Source: Fimbriosthenelais zetlandica
Lineage: Eukaryota
Length of the DNA stretch: 64,000 nucleotides
Assembly (NCBI GenBank): GCA_977030845.1
Contig: OZ365114.1
Coordinates: 24,428,001-24,492,000, forward strand
Direction: 5' to 3'
Shown: positions 1-14,900 of the stretch, one piece after another
How the letters are laid out: each line of letters begins with the position of its first letter
Position numbering within the stretch: the stretch's first letter is position 1
The notes under the pieces: model-generated
Told to the model about the DNA's origin: nothing
The model's database searches: none
The model's input: only the letters and a program-made list of their open reading frames with translations
Program-made: the position numbers and the translations under genes

Positions 1-1857
1 ACAGGTGCTTGATCTAAATTGTTAAGCCTCTTGTTGCAGGAAGGAATGATTTGAGAATGTCTTGTCTGACTGATGACTGATATTGATCACAATTACAGTG
101 ACGCACTGTCTAGACTGGGAAGTGGCCTGAGACACGGCACTTGGACCTTGTCCAGGTTCTTGATAGGCCTACACTTTACAACTTCCGAATTTGCTCAGGG
201 ACTTGTCAAGCTGATAATAATTCACATTACAATCTAACTTTATTGGCTTCGGGGGAATTAACACTCATTTCAAATTAGTCAGTGCTGCAAATTCAAGCTC
301 AAGAGGATGAAAAAAGGTTTGCAAGCTCGAGCCAACTTTACAGTGGGAGACTCATCCCACGACTTGAATCCTATCACCATACGTTATCACATTAGTGTTA
401 GATACAATGGCCCTTCTATCGACCCAGTTCCAATGAAGTGGCGGCTCCATGGGGATATTGGCAGCTATCTCATCTGGCGAGTAACTGGTCCGTCACTTTC
501 CTTGAAGAAATAAAGAGCAAAGCCTCTAGGCTCACTGATTTGCAGGACCTCATAACAAAACAGTGAACCTCTTCCTTTTGGCATGGTAAAACCTACCTAC
601 AGCACAGCCTGATTGGTAGTTTGCATGTTCTTGTCTGCCAAAAAGGAAAATAGGGATATGAGTCTGTCTTCTTTCGGTACTGAGAAGCAGTGGCCAACAT
701 TTGTAGATTCCAAAGCAACATTAAAGAATCAACAACATAAGCTCTCGCCAAAGCTGCCTCAATTATTCTGCCCTGAGTTCTTCACAAGTCTGCTGGTTCC
801 AAGGGGCATTCTTCAACAAAAAGCCAGGTTGTTGGATGTAAGACCTGCTTGTTTGGGTAATGGAAACCTTTGATGAATACTGCAAAAGAAAATACGGGGT
901 GTCTTTTGTACTTCTTTCTGTGTTGTTTCGGTAGTCGAATTCCAGGATGAATCGGTAAAGTCTTATTTTTCTTATGGCAGACAACCCACGATTGCCACGA
1001 TACTTTAGCTAAAGTAGGCCTACCACTGGAACAAATAATATTAACATAAACCTGATTACGACACTTCCATTTCCTTCAGCTTTAGATTCAGTGTTTCCAT
1101 ATGAATAAATAGCCCAGCTTCTGCTACACACAGAGAATCAAAGCCATTTTCTCCCCACAAAACATCATCCTCGTTGCAGTTCTGGCCTTTTATTCCGTTC
1201 TTAGTGGACTCATCTAAACACCCAATGGTCAGGATCCACTGACAAGCCGCTTACTTCAAAGGGACTGCCTGGCCTGCCATCACCACAGAAATGCCTCTGT
1301 TGTGTATCTAAATCATTCCCATAAACTGCCCAGGGGTGCGTTCAGCCTGACGGAGTTGCTCATGAGAGATTGCCTTGTATCATCAAAGTGCATAGAGCAT
1401 CGTGGCAACAGGAAGTGGGCAAGCGAACACATCCCCAAAGGGAGCCTACGGTCCATAAAAACCCATTCTGTAGCAGCCCATCTGAACAAATCTCACGGGA
1501 TACTCCTTTTATAACTGCTGTCAATATGGCTCAGGCTTCACGGGGATGCAAAACCATGCGCGAAAGGCTGACACGCTGTCATTTAACCAGGCATGTCCCC
1601 GCCCGGGCTTCTGTGAATTCTCAGATTAGTTCAGCCAAGATACTATGACCTGCTGTTGGCTTAAGTCAACAACAGAAGTCTATCTCTAGGGTTTAGTCAC
1701 AAATTCTTTTTCTTCGTCACATCCTCTTTTATCAGGGACCTCAAGAGTTTTGATAAATTTTTGACCTCACGACTTTTGATATTTTGCACGAAACTTAAGA
1801 AATAACTGATTTGTTCTGCACATATATTTTTTCTTTCTTTTCTGGATGTACTGCACT

Positions 1858-1881
1858 TTGGTTTACCAGTTGGTTTACCAG
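1858..1881. repeat. Perfect 12-bp tandem duplication
   Basis: TTGGTTTACCAG x2. Confidence 0.75.
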
Positions 1882-4820
1882 GTTCCCTCGAGTTGCATGA
1901 GAACAAGGTTACCCGTGAAGTAATGTATTACTGGAGACTTTGGAGACGTTCCTTAGCCCAGTGAAACTGACCATGTGATTGTAGTAGCCAGTGCTATCAG
2001 CCATTAGCTGACAGGTCACTGCCCCTGTCTACTGTCAGGAGGCCCCCTCTGCTACTCTAACCTGCATGCATGTGTGTGCCAAGAATCGTTTGTCTTTGTC
2101 AATGATCATCCTGGACATCTTGCAGTTCACGATCCCCCATTTAACGACCAAATTTCCAGGTCTTACGACACTTCAGGGGCCAGGCCCATTGGCGGCTATA
2201 TATTACGTGACAAGAAGTCATTCTGCTGATACACTCCATGGATGAATTAATCTGACAGTTTATGGACAGTGACTATACAGCACTGTGCCTCGCTGTACAG
2301 ACAGATTCGACAAGAGACCTTACTTCCTGAAAAGATTTCCACATGTCAAAAATAGAGAGTATAATCTTCAACATGGGTCCATCTAGTTGGACCACTTTTA
2401 TGGTAGTTTTCTTTGGTCTGGCAGCAATGTCTGGCCAGTGCCTGCAAGAAATTTCTGTTTTGCATGCATAAACAGTGGGATTCTCACTGATCAGTAGTCG
2501 AGGCACGTGCCATTCTTGAATGAGAGAATTTGGTTGCGGCGCCGTTAATCCTGATATATTCACATTTTGCAGAATTTAAGCCTCAAATGCCTCTCACTGG
2601 CTTTCATTGGATCTACTATATCTGTGAAAAGGACAGGTTGGCTGGATCCTCACCGGCATAGCCAGACTGTCTGTTTTTCTAAAGAGATTATTCATGTGAA
2701 TAGCATTGGTTGAAAATTAGACTAAGAAATCCAATATATGGATTGATGTGAAAGCAACTGTAATACTACTTCCATCTAGAGATTATTCATTAGGACAAAT
2801 GCAATCTCTGTTCCATATGAGTTACTGTTGATGTCTTAATTCAAATATGTGATAATAGATCGCAACTGCCAAGTTTGTTCTGACACGATACTTGAGGACG
2901 TAGACAGAGACTGATTGACATCAGCGTTATAGCATTATTTCAACGATGCTTGCAGCTTATGTTTTATAAACCTCCTCAGGGACGTCTACATGTGGCTGGT
3001 ATATTGACACATACGTTGAGTGATTCTCATCTCCCGCTGTCAGCTTTTCAGATCAAAGATATAGATCTACACAAAGCCTGTCTGACAGACAGACGGCAGA
3101 TATCGGGGTCTTGCAATGATTTATCTCGCTTAAAAGAAGGATCGATGTCTTCAGATGATATGGTTTAAAAACCCCTACACCTTCATCACATAGAAGGATT
3201 CATGAGTATGAAGTATTATGATAAGTAGGTATCTGATTGAATAATATCAAATTCAGCTGCCTTACTTTGACATGCGAGAGATGCGGTTATTAGATATTTC
3301 ACTGCTTATTTTTTATCAGCGTATTCTTCATATCAAACAGTCCCCTATTCCCATTGCACATTCCACTTGCAAATATGTTCCTGTCCAAGGTCATAATATT
3401 ATATTGTTAGTATGTCCAGAACATCATGAAACTGTAATTGGCTAAATCCCTTGAAGATACTACACATCTCAGGCCAGAATTACCTAGAGCCAACATGAAA
3501 GATGATAGTGATGAGCTTTTCCCCAAGGATTGATATCATCACTCAGATCGATTTCATCATCTGCAGCGCTAAACCTGAAAGCAACCGGAGAAGTCAGAAA
3601 ATTGATGTCATGGCTTCTAACACTCTCTTAGGCCTGGTTGGAAGGACCTGTGGGGAAATCAGGAGAGACCCCTAGCGACCTAATCGTGATAAGTACACGT
3701 ACAGCGGTGTGCAGTTCACTGCCTGCCCCTGCCTGCCCTCACTGACCCACTCGGTCCTTGGATGATGTCTATCGACGCCCAGCAGTGAACTTTGTCACTG
3801 AAAGCTTCATTCTGAATATGGAATTGAGAAATTAAAAAATTTAATGACAGGCTGAAGTTTGAGAATTCTCATCTAATCATGAGTAATGTGATAGTTATAT
3901 AGAAGTTATGATTCTCATCTGAGGATCCCCTCCCTAGCTGACTTTCGAACTCGATCATGAGAGCCGAGCCGAATACAACTTTTTACAGAAATGTTGATAA
4001 CAATTCGTCATTTGCACGCCCATTAGGTAACAGACCCTATGCTGTTCCAAATGTCAGAAAAGGTTCACACCCCCATAATACTAGAATATTGTGATTTGAT
4101 TTGCATGAGGTAGATAAATGAGCTGTAAGGGTATGATGAGAACACTGCTTTGACCTGCACACCTACATGCATACAAGTAAATCAGTAGTCGCAACCTGTG
4201 CAATTCGCATGTACTCTGATCAAAGCAAGTACGACTCTGAAGTGCTGCCAACAGCTTCTTTGATAGCGGACTTGCTCAAAATCCTGATGCAGTGGCCCGG
4301 GTCTTGCCAGTCGTTAGACAGGGCTCTCTGTCATAGGTGGCCAATTTCGCCACCAGAGTGCCTCTGAACTCTGCAGTATATATAGGAGGGAAAACTTGTG
4401 GCTGAAAAGTAGAGGCCCATGAGAAATGAAGCTTACATCACAGTAATAGATTGTGTGTCAGAATAAACACCTTGCCTCTATGAACACCTAATGCTCTAAC
4501 TTGCTTGGATGTCGGTTCCGACTACTTCAAGCAGTGTGAATCATTTGATCTGCTGTGATTGAATGAAAAATGTAGGGATAATGATTAATGCATTAGGGAG
4601 AGATCAAAGGTGGTTTTTTTCTCATCCCGTTTCCTTTAGAAAGGAAGGAAAATACACTGGCGCCATTTTAGCTTGATGTGGTGTCAAACAGAGGGAAGGC
4701 AGTGTTTTTTAGTTTGTGATAAAATTAGAAATCATAAACTAGACGAGGATATTACTGGTCGTGCAAATATGGATTCTCGTGGTGTTCCTTTGCCTCCGGA
4801 GTTCTTCCTATCTATTTAGT

Positions 4821-4886
4821 TGAGGCATTGATAAGATCTCCCATGATTAAAGTTGATGCATTAATAAGATCTCCCATGATTTCTAC
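4821..4886. repeat. 33-bp tandem duplication
   Basis: GCATT(G/A)ATAAGATCTCCCATGATT at 4825-4848 and 4858-4881. Confidence 0.9.
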
Positions 4887-7800
4887 ACCCATCTATGACT
4901 CCTTACAAATATCAGTGGCCGGGAACCGCACAAGAAGTGAACCTCTATATATAATTATGTGGGTTGTTGAGACCTTATCTGAATGTTTGAATGAGGAGTG
5001 GGTTTTGTGGATTTACAGTGCTGATTTCCACCCCGCATATCCCACTGCTTCTCTCTATCAATACGAGCCATCAGGGGAGCTATAGAAGCGTGATATATTA
5101 TAGATGATATTTATGCGAGGAGGACACCCAACCTCAATTTATCATTGCTCAGCATGAAGTGTACTCTGCCCTCCGAGGGTGGGAGGCGCTCAGGCCTGCC
5201 AGTCCCAAATTAATTCTAGGTAATTACCTGCCTTCAATGTTGATCTTACAATATAGTCAGATGTGTAGGCCAGGTTTCTGATCCCCCTAAACACGTGCAG
5301 GACATTTCCTCTCTGAACCTTCCTCTCTCCAATCCATGACGGTATTTTATAGGTTGTATTGGCCTTTTTGCTTCAGCCAGTGAGCTTGCAGAACAATTGT
5401 TGCAGTTGATCATGGTCCTGGTCGACCTGCTTTTACTTGTGATAATGAACCTCAATATTTTGATGAAGAATTCTGTGTGGGAGGAAGGGGGACATTGGCT
5501 GGTGATATTTGCGTGTTGGGGAGTATCAATCATGGCCTCTGCTTTATGACTTGTTCTTGTAGTCACTATGAGCAAGTAATGTGAGATAGCCATGAGACTG
5601 GCTAGATATAGATTTCAACGCCAGCTGCTTGACAAGGTATATAATATAGAGCCATGTCAGCTGCCTTTTATTCACTGAATCTTTTTATACTCTGCCATTG
5701 CTCATGTCACCTGCAGCCTCATCAAAGTTTAGATTTCAAATGTAAACCTTTAAGACCGTTCTCCACTACTGTGATTTTACCTGCGACACTACTGCAACAA
5801 AGGTCATGCTTGTGTCAAAATACAATTTATCAATTGTGGTCGAAGTGTCCAAGGCCTTAAGGCCGTCTCCCACTATTTTCATTGCGACACAAGCATCACC
5901 GGTGGGGCAGTAATGTGACAAGCAAAATCGCAGCAGTGGAGTACTGTAAAGTCATCCATCTTGTGTCTATAGAGTTCTCCATGTATAATTGAGCTATCTA
6001 CTGTGTATCTGCTTCTCTATCTGCCTGTTCTGAGGTCTGAACATCCTTCATTGCTGTACATTTGAGTCAGACTGAGATACTTATAGATTGATATCTAGGA
6101 CGCCTTGTCTGTAGCATTCTTGATGTTGTTTATTTAAATGTATATAAGATAAAAGTCGGATGTGAAAACAACAGCTGCAGAAGATTATAAAACTCTAGCG
6201 CAGAAATACTTCACTTCCATCTATTCAGGACGTTAGAAAACGTTCCTTTTCATTAATAAATCAGGCCTTCATGTATTTTCTCAATCCGGTCGATAAATCC
6301 CAATCATCTGTAATGGGGAAGGGATGCTGGCAGTGGAAAATATTAAGAAGCTATGAAAGATGGCAACTGCTTCATTGGTTAATAAAAGGCAATGTTTTTC
6401 GCTGTCCGGGTGAAGGAGTGATAAATCGAACCCGCTGGCTTGATGTACTAAAGCACACCAGGTGCCGACTGGCAACACTTCCAGATAATTAATTAATCAA
6501 TCTACCGAAAAAATGAGATAAAAAGCCATTATTTTTTCTCATTTTAACTGTATTGGAAGGTTGTAAATCAGTCGTTTGGGGATCAAGAAGTGAGAAGTGT
6601 TTCTCTCTGCGAGGCCCAGATGACAAATTCTGGTAATTTTGCATATGATCTATTGGCAATGAGGACGTGAGAACTGATGGAGGGAAAGAATTGTTCTGGA
6701 AAAAAACATCTTGTGGCTTCTCATTCCACCGTCAGCTGAGAGAAATGTGAACTAGAATCCGAGGAAGGTTGGAACTGTGGGTTGTCTTACTTCTCGGTAA
6801 GACCATAATTTCAACGGGAATAAAAGTATAGGTAAACTGACATGATAAAATGAGGCTGAGAAGATAATATGTACATTATGTAAATCTGACAGCGCATTAG
6901 ACAGCTCATTAATAATGTCTTTAATCAGGCTGTTTTCCCTGTTTATTTAACAGGATGCTGAATGACAGCCATGATCTTTTTTCCTAGCGAATCAGGTGGC
7001 GTTTTAACATTGCTGAAATATCTCACTATGTTCATATCAGATTTAACAGATAGATACGGTCTCCATTGAAAAGGTGTTTTCGTGGTCAGCATTCTCACAT
7101 TCCCTGCTCACTTTCTCTCACACCGATTCACATTTTCAACTGAAGTCTTTCAAAATCAGTCTGAATACGTCACGAAAATCAGATACATCTAAAATGTTAT
7201 CTCTCTACGATAATAAAATGATTGAAGTGCATCTTTTAAATTTTATGCTCGAAAATAATTGTAGGAATCCCATTGCATTAGTCATTGCAGCCCTAGAGAC
7301 TGAAGGTTGAATTCTCAACATCCTCTCCTTCCATCCAAATGTTAACCATAAAAGCATCACTCCATTTATATGGATCGAAGCTTAATGGAAAATTGTACAT
7401 TCTCCCTCCTTCATGAAAGAGCCGAATTTCAAAGTGCATCTTCTCCAAACGTGCCTGAGAACCGTATATATATAGCTGTATATATATTCTGTCTCGGAAT
7501 AATGACAGCCAGCGGAACCTTAAGATGGGCCCGCTTTCTCATTCTAATTTACCCTGCATGGCCTAAGAGCCCACATTTATGACATCCAGTGGCGTAAAAG
7601 AAGAGAGTGGTAGTGACACTTGGTGGGGAAACGACTTGCTTGACCTTGTCAATGTCAAACCTTCTTTTTGGACTCTGGGAGGAAAAGCTTGCTTGGGGAG
7701 GAGGAACAGTAGTTGCCCAGTGCAAGATTAATGCATAAATCAGTAAAGTGTGACTAACCTGCTTAGAGACCTCTACTTAATGCTATAAGCCATACATGTC

Positions 7801-8553
7801 TGACAACCTCCGGCTATTGGCTGTTATATGGAAGCTGGCAAAGCTTGACATGAGTCGCCGCCACTACTACAGGGGTATAGTGCGAGCAAGGTGGTCAAAT
7901 ATACAGATGTGACGGTGGTGAATAATTCAGCTATTCTCACTCATATAATACATCAATGGTGGGATAGCCGTCCACTTTTACTCGGTATGATGGTCCTGAT
8001 GCTTACTATACTCAGCAATCACTGATTACATATTATAGTCATTTCTCAATAATTATGTAGGATTCTTCTCCAGAAAGAATCGCCGTGTTGCTGCTAAAAA
8101 TGTACGAACTAAATTAATCACATAATGTAATAACATATATGACAGAACGTAATTACAGAGGTTTCTATATGTTGTCTTTATCCTTCGTGCCCACAATATG
8201 CTTGTAATTGGGTCTAAAATAAGATATGTAGACAAATGGACCTGATACAAGTATGTACTAGATCAACAAGTACTATACATAGAATTACCTACAACCCTGA
8301 TAAATGAGGGGAACCAGGGGAAATGTTGTGGAAAAATAAGCCAACAGTATACGGGGCAGCGATACAGAGCTGAGCAAACAAAATACAAAAATATAATCAT
8401 AATATTAGAGATGCTTTGCCTTTGCATTGCAAATAATATGGGTTTGTACTGATGGAATACACTAGATTAGATTCCAGTGGTTGGTTTTATAGTGTACGCA
8501 AATGGACCGAAACCTCAGGAAAGCATCAGTGTGTAAAAAAGGAGAGCACGCAG

Positions 8554-8576
8554 ATTAGGCTTCACATTAGGCTTCA
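8554..8576. repeat. Microduplication, period 12
   Basis: ATTAGGCTTCA at 8554-8564 and 8566-8576. Confidence 0.7.
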
Positions 8577-10220
8577 ATCTGCATTCTGTGAGCCCCATGG
8601 AGGGAGATCACCTGATCTGATGAATGCTGAATACCCTTAATGCTAAAAATATGCCATAAATCAGCAGGCACATTTTCATACTATCGTATTGAAAATGCCC
8701 TGGCAAAGGCATTGGACGCCCTGCTGAGCTCTATTTTGCAGAAATGACCCTGTAGCCTGTCACATTGACTTGGGACCCAAATCATTGCATGATCGACCAA
8801 CAGTGTGAATATGGGTCAAGTGACCCCCTCAGATTCTTCTGAGAATGGCTATAAAATGCTTGCAGGCGAGAGGTTTGGTTCAATCATGCCAAGTGGTTAT
8901 AAAGACTGCATCCCCACTTCCTTATGCCTGAATATGTAGGAGAGGATGAACTTGGTGAGGTGCTGGAAAAAGTAGGCTAGGGTAGGAGAATACTATTGGC
9001 AGTATAAATCAATTAGGGGGACTTGTCATGCCCCTAAACAGCCTCCTGGTATGAACCTGAACTCTCCATGGAGAGACGTAATGTTTTCTGGATATTCAAA
9101 GATTATATTTCTTGCATTATTCATATAATATTGCTCCATGAAACCTATAAAGTTGGAATATTATAATGTATTTATTGCTGAGAAGAGACTTATTTATAAC
9201 TGTACATTGGGTAAGGAAAGAAATTTAATTGCAATTATCAGACTGCACTCAGAACAGCTGATCATCCTAGTGGAAGGTTTAACGATAAAAAGAAGTAAAT
9301 CAGGAAGAAACTAAAAAAACATCTCTGTGTTTAAAGTTCATCAGGAGCCCACATAAAAACTGTAACCAGCATCTTTTTAAAGCTTATGTGGGTGGGGAAC
9401 AGTAATCAGTCATAATTATTGAATTAAGTTTGGTGGAATCTCTGATTGATTGGAGATTCATGAGGATGAAGTGCAAGAGGGGAGAGGGATGGCCAGGAAG
9501 AGACGACTAAGAACATTTAGTGAGGGATGATGTGTTTCTTATTTGTAAGCGATAGAAGACAATTCATTCCCCATTGATGGAATGTCCCAGCTACAGCCAT
9601 TGCGAAGAGGGGTTAGGGACAGAGGGTGGTGAAAATTGAATCAAATGCCCCTTGAAAACGTTATGGTCGGTTTGAAGGCAGGTGCTTGAACTCCAGACTG
9701 ACTAGGTCTGTGATAAATGTGTGAAAAATGAGCCAGGTCATACAGTATTCTGCCACGAATGATATTGCTTCTCAGGAGATTTGCCGTCTGACCCTAAATA
9801 GACCTCCACCCCTTTTCTAACAAGAAGAAGGTACTTGTAAAACTTTTCTCATTAGTGTGACTTTAATAGGGGTCAGATTATTGCACTGTTGATGAGATGC
9901 AAACGTTTTCTTCCATTTTGGACGGGGACCGTGTCCATGAGGCAGCATCTGTAACAATGTGAATGTATCAGTACCTGTACAAGATCTTTCATTCTACATT
10001 TACGTCATTTAGGAGTATTGGAAATCATTACTATATACGACATCTTGCATAAAACAATTGAAGACAAAAGCAGCATCATCAGAGCCCTTTGATCTTTAGT
10101 CCTAAAAGGAGGACATGATATATTTTTTTTGTAGTCTGAAATGATTGTCTTGATGCACCTTGTATCAGTATTGCATACTGTTCAGTCTTCTTGTGTCCAT
10201 ATCACTTTCTTCCTGCATAG

Positions 10221-10310
10221 CAAACCATCAATATTGTCTGATGCTTTTCATGAGACATATATACACGGCCACGCCTTACAATGTAACCAGCATGAAAAAC
10301 GACAACAAAA
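10221..10310 (+). CDS. Candidate 90-nt symmetric exon, product unknown
   Basis: CACTTTCTTCCTGCATAG acceptor and AAA|GTAAGC donor (GT 10311). Two frames are open. Confidence 0.22.
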
Positions 10311-13300
10311 GTAAGCTAGTATATCGACAACACTTTTCATGAATATCATCATACCTCTAGTAACTTTATTGCCTGATATTGAATCCCCACATTATGATGG
10401 CTTTGACAGATATCTGATACAAAACTAAAATTGACATCAAAGTAACTGCAACACATTTATCTAGCTTGTGAAGAGTAGCTGCAACGTATTTTTCTGGCTC
10501 CTGAAGCATCCAAATCTGCTCACTTAACCGAACTGATGGAATATGTAACGTTACATATTATTACGTATATTTTATGGTAAATATCAATCTCAATACAATG
10601 GGCAGGAGCAAGAAGTGAAAAGCCTTCAATTTCCTGTGAATTCACCCGCATTTAAGATACCAAATTAAAAGGGAGGGAGTTGTCCTTTGCCAGTATATTC
10701 AGCACTATTACGCTAGATTTTCTCTCCCGACTCATTTCAGCCAAATTCAGTAGTATTCCCCTGGGAACTTCTAGCTGTTTCTATTCCCTACGTCAGCGGA
10801 ATGACACACGTCAGGAGTGAAAGCTGGCTAAATTCCAGTCTGAATTGTCTTTTATATTGGCTGTCATGCTGCATACGAAGCCCATTCAGGTCTGCTCAAG
10901 CATGGCATAATTTCTATTAATTTTCAAGCAATCCATATTTCAATCTTTTATGAGGGATTGGGATGATGTGGAAATAGTCGGTAAGGCATGTTGAAACTGC
11001 CTGGATGGCCTGGGGAATTAAACCTGGAGAAGAAAAGCTGTGATTGTACTTTTTTTCTGCGAACAGTATTCATGGTTTGATAGATAGGGAACCTTTCATG
11101 CTTCATAAATGAGATAAACTATTGTTAAAGCGGACCAGGGATAAATAAATATGATGTGTGTGGATCGGTTTCAACAGACATTGTTTTGATTGTCGGAATA
11201 ATTTTCAGGATTTGCCCAGAGAATGGAAGGTCTCAGGTTGCATTTCTAATTTCAACAGGTTTAGAATTAATCTGAGTTCCTCTTTATGTAGATTGGGTGT
11301 GTCAGGTGAAGGGTTTTTTTAAATAAATTGATCAGTAACAATGGTGTTAGGGTCTCTAATCCTGAAGTCTCTGTATAGAGAGAATAAGTAGTGTGTGATG
11401 GTCCGGGCCTAAAGCTGGCCACCCTCTCTTTACACACACATGTCTGTCAACATTTGCCCTTCCATGCATCTCCCCCCGGAAAGGCTGGCCGTAAATTAAA
11501 CACCGCACCTGAGCCAAGTACCAGGCGAATTCCCCTGAGCGTGGCCGGGATCAGCGGCACGTCAGGAAGGCGTCAGATAAATCCTTATATATCAGCCTGG
11601 AGGATCTTCCACCCCAGCAATTAGCTTGTCATTCTCAACACCTCCCCTTGATCGCCCTGAAATTAGTAGCTCCCATAGTCCCTCTTACATGACTATCATC
11701 CAAGACTGACTAACGTCATATCTTCCATGCACACAAACTGCTGAGCTTACTATCCATCACATTGAAAGTCATTCTAAAACTCCCACCCCCGTATCTCCAT
11801 CTCCATGGCCAATACAGAAACAGGGCAGGGATGTTTTTTCCACTATTTGATCAGTGAATGCTTTATTTTTATGATGTATGGGGAGTATTTGGTGATAGAT
11901 TTGGTTGTAAAAACAGGAGTGATGGCAGGGTTAAGTGGATTTGCTATCAGTGAAACACACGCCTCATTGGAGGCGGGTGGGTATCAGTGGCTAGGCCCTG
12001 TCAGCACGGGATTAGACGCCGGTCCAGCTCAAGAGTCACTCTCAAGCTCCTCTTTACTGCTCACAATCCACCAATCTTGAGAAAAAATTAATTAAAAGCA
12101 CACTTTTTTCTCTGAACCAGTATACGAATTTCATGTTAGGTTTTTCTATACTCTCAAGAAGTTCTTGTTCATTTTTTGCCTTCCAATGATGTAAAGGAGT
12201 TGGGAAATATGCTAGAGGCTGAATAACTTAGTTGTGATAGAGTATAATGATCTGAGTGGGCCCATTTATAACATTCTGCTTCACAGGCTATGATACTAAC
12301 AATGGGTCATGTATATGACTTGCAATGTCACACAATGACAAGTTGTTATAGCCCATACATTGATTTACTGGCAGAGGTTACAGGTGTTATGGCCCATCAA
12401 TAGGAACATATTCAGTCATAATTTGAACGTTTTTGGCAGAGCTCGGGACTAGCACTATCAAAACATTATGAATTAGCCAAGCCCTTAGGGATTTTTCAAT
12501 CGAATTGCTGTACATTGCTCGGCCCCATTACTGAAATAAAAGAATATATGTGAGGTAAAGGATATGTGGGTTTTTGTAATGCCCGAGATACAGTGTATAA
12601 TATGCATTCACTGCCAATCTCTGAATATGTGATGTTAGAATGCAGGCCGACAGTAATACCAAATAATGCCACATAACATAAGACATCCAGGATGCATATA
12701 TACGCCATTAAGCATTTCCCCCTGTACTTATCATTCCCATTTTCCGTCTACTTTGGACCAAGTCTCTGCCTGTAATATTATATATGGCGGAGTGTAATTG
12801 GCACGGATCAAATCATACTGAAGTAGCGACATTTCTCCATTTGCTTTACCAGAGTCCTCTATTGTACTGTATAGGATATTTTCATTTAAAGTGAGATCTG
12901 ATTAATTTAATATTATCTTCAGACAATGGTTTCATTAATTACTCTCGCTGTTACTTGAAACAATTGAAATGTTCAGTGAAAGTAGTAAATTTTGAGCTAC
13001 AGGTGATCCGAGTTTTGCTTGTACTTGGTTAACCTAAGTCGTATTCGATGAAGCTTTTAATATCTTGTTTATGTTTAAGTTAATTTAAAGACCCCATGTG
13101 GAAACATAATCACATTAATACCATTGACTTAATAGGCTTTAACACCCAGTCCATGCTGGGAATTGATATCATTCCGGCCCAATGAACATTTCATCCTCTT
13201 GGCTTCCTCCTCTGTACTGCTTTCCATATAAACGTCATGGTGTTTTAGTGACAAATTCAATTGGAAAATGAAATCGCACTGACAGGTTTTCTGATTTGAA

Positions 13301-13387
13301 AAATGGAAGTTTCTTTCCTCTTTGGCCACCTCTGTGAGATTTGAATGCAATAAATAACCAATGCTATGATTGGTTTTTACATTGTAG

Positions 13388-13595
13388 GGGATCTATCAGT
13401 AGCCTCAGTCGAAAGACAAATATTGACATGAGGGGACCAGCAAATGCCTCTCTCTTTCATCACATTTCCAATCACGAACGCCCAAGTCCTGGATTTCCTG
13501 GTGTGATTACACCATCAACTTCCCCGAATATCGCTCGCGACAGGTCCGCAGTGAATGGACGACAAGTCCGAATAAAACAGCGTCAGAAATCATGA
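13388..13595 (+). CDS. Candidate terminal coding exon (S/P/R-rich), product unknown
   Basis: TTGGTTTTTACATTGTAG acceptor. The phase-2 frame GSISSLSRKTNIDMRGPANASLFHHISNHERPSPGFPGVITPSTSPNIARDRSAVNGRQVRIKQRQKS* is open and locally CpG-rich. Confidence 0.22.
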
Positions 13596-14634
13596 CCAAT
13601 CATCCAGCAATCAAACATTTTTTAACACTTCCACTGCAGTGCTGCATAATTGTGTTTTCGCCACACAAAACGAATAGATTACATTCACTTTACCCATGTC
13701 CCTAGCTTCTATTTCTTATAACCTATTCACGTATCATTTCAGATAGACCATTTAGGATGTTTCGCTGTCTTTCAGTCTGTGTATCAGAGTAGAGTAACTT
13801 TCTTTTATAGATGCATTTTCTCATGAAGAGAGATGCCAAGAAGTTAATGTCTATTATCTGGTCTCTTGTTAGTAGTTTTCCAACCAAGTGATATCATCTG
13901 TATCTACTATTTCACCCAACTCCAGCCCCTCTAAGTGAAGAAGTGATTCTCTGACTTCTATTGACCAAGTAAGCGAGGTCGAGAATGTCCTTTAAATTGT
14001 CATTTTCGTTTGCATCAGCCACCTCCATTGAATAGGGCATGAGCGTGAGCGTGTCTAAACAAGGATTTATACCACTCAAGGGGGGAAGCGTCTACAGCTG
14101 CAGCAGATAGTGCAACAATAGCTTCCAATTGCTTCGCCAATAGTTTGGCGAATTGAAACTATCCATTTGTCAAATGCATGCAATGCAGTAGGCTAGCAAT
14201 AAATGCAGAGGCAAGGTCACAGGTGTCATAAGGCCTTAGCAACGCTTTGTATATTGGTGTTATAAAAGGAGGTTGTTTTGTTATCGCCTAGCGACACCGA
14301 TTTCCGAGTGACTAATCAATTTGCGTCACTGCCGGGATGGAGGTCCTGATGGAAATGAATGGTCAAGCCAGGGTCTACAGCTTGTCTACCACAGAACCAT
14401 TACAATCAAGCCAATGATATTGCACTGAGGTGAACTTGCATAAGTCCCGTATGTGTTAGAGTTAGAGACCGTGCGACCTAACACAGGACAGCTGCTGTAA
14501 ATCATCTCTTTATATGCGGTGTATGGAACTGTATTTATATGGCCATCAAATATTTCTATGAGAGTGTAGGTCATGGACATTTACTAAACTGAATTGTGGG
14601 CCACACATCTAGCTAGTCTGACCATATCATGCTT

Positions 14635-14900
14635 CAACTTTTGTATTTTCTTCTATGTGATTCCTCTTCGGAATCCTCTTTTCTGCAGTTTATGTTTCTC
14701 TTTCTGATTTCACTTCTGCATTCTCTATCAGGTATATTTCCTCTTCTGAATCCTCTGTGTGGTCTGCTACTTTTCCCAAATCCTTTTCTGAGTCATCTTC
14801 TACTTTGCTCTTCTTAATCCTCTTCTTTTTCTCTGTCCCTGAACCATATTCTTATATACTCCCCCTTCTTGTCCTCTCTTGTTTCCCTCAACATCTTGGT
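14635..14900 (-). other. Strongly strand-asymmetric tract (T/C-rich on +). The minus strand reads as an E/K/D-rich low-complexity peptide
   Basis: The minus frame 14851->14693 is open for 53 codons (EYGSGTEKKKRIKKSKVEDDSEKDLGKVADHTEDSEEEIYLIENAEVKSERET) but is bounded by TAA stops. There is no good splice acceptor. The + strand hydrophobic ORFs here are its antisense shadow. Confidence 0.5.

Noticed and set aside
1380-1506. Minus-strand GVSREICSDG...LWG resembling the LTR integrase core (G.P.EI.SD.G...WG)
   Set aside because: No GPQF, no downstream PQSNG..ER and no upstream catalytic D region. The frame is broken nearby, and the match is consistent with chance.
3713-3791. 10-bp inverted repeat AGTTCACTGC/GCAGTGAACT around 59 bp (snoRNA or miRNA-like?)
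   Set aside because: No proper terminal C box (RTGATGA) and D box (CTGA) placement, and the interior does not pair.
9363-9470. Minus-strand FILMNLQSIRD...IMTDY...KRCWL resembling an L2 endonuclease N-terminus
   Set aside because: The key TETW motif is not conserved and nothing recognisable follows. Too weak to call.
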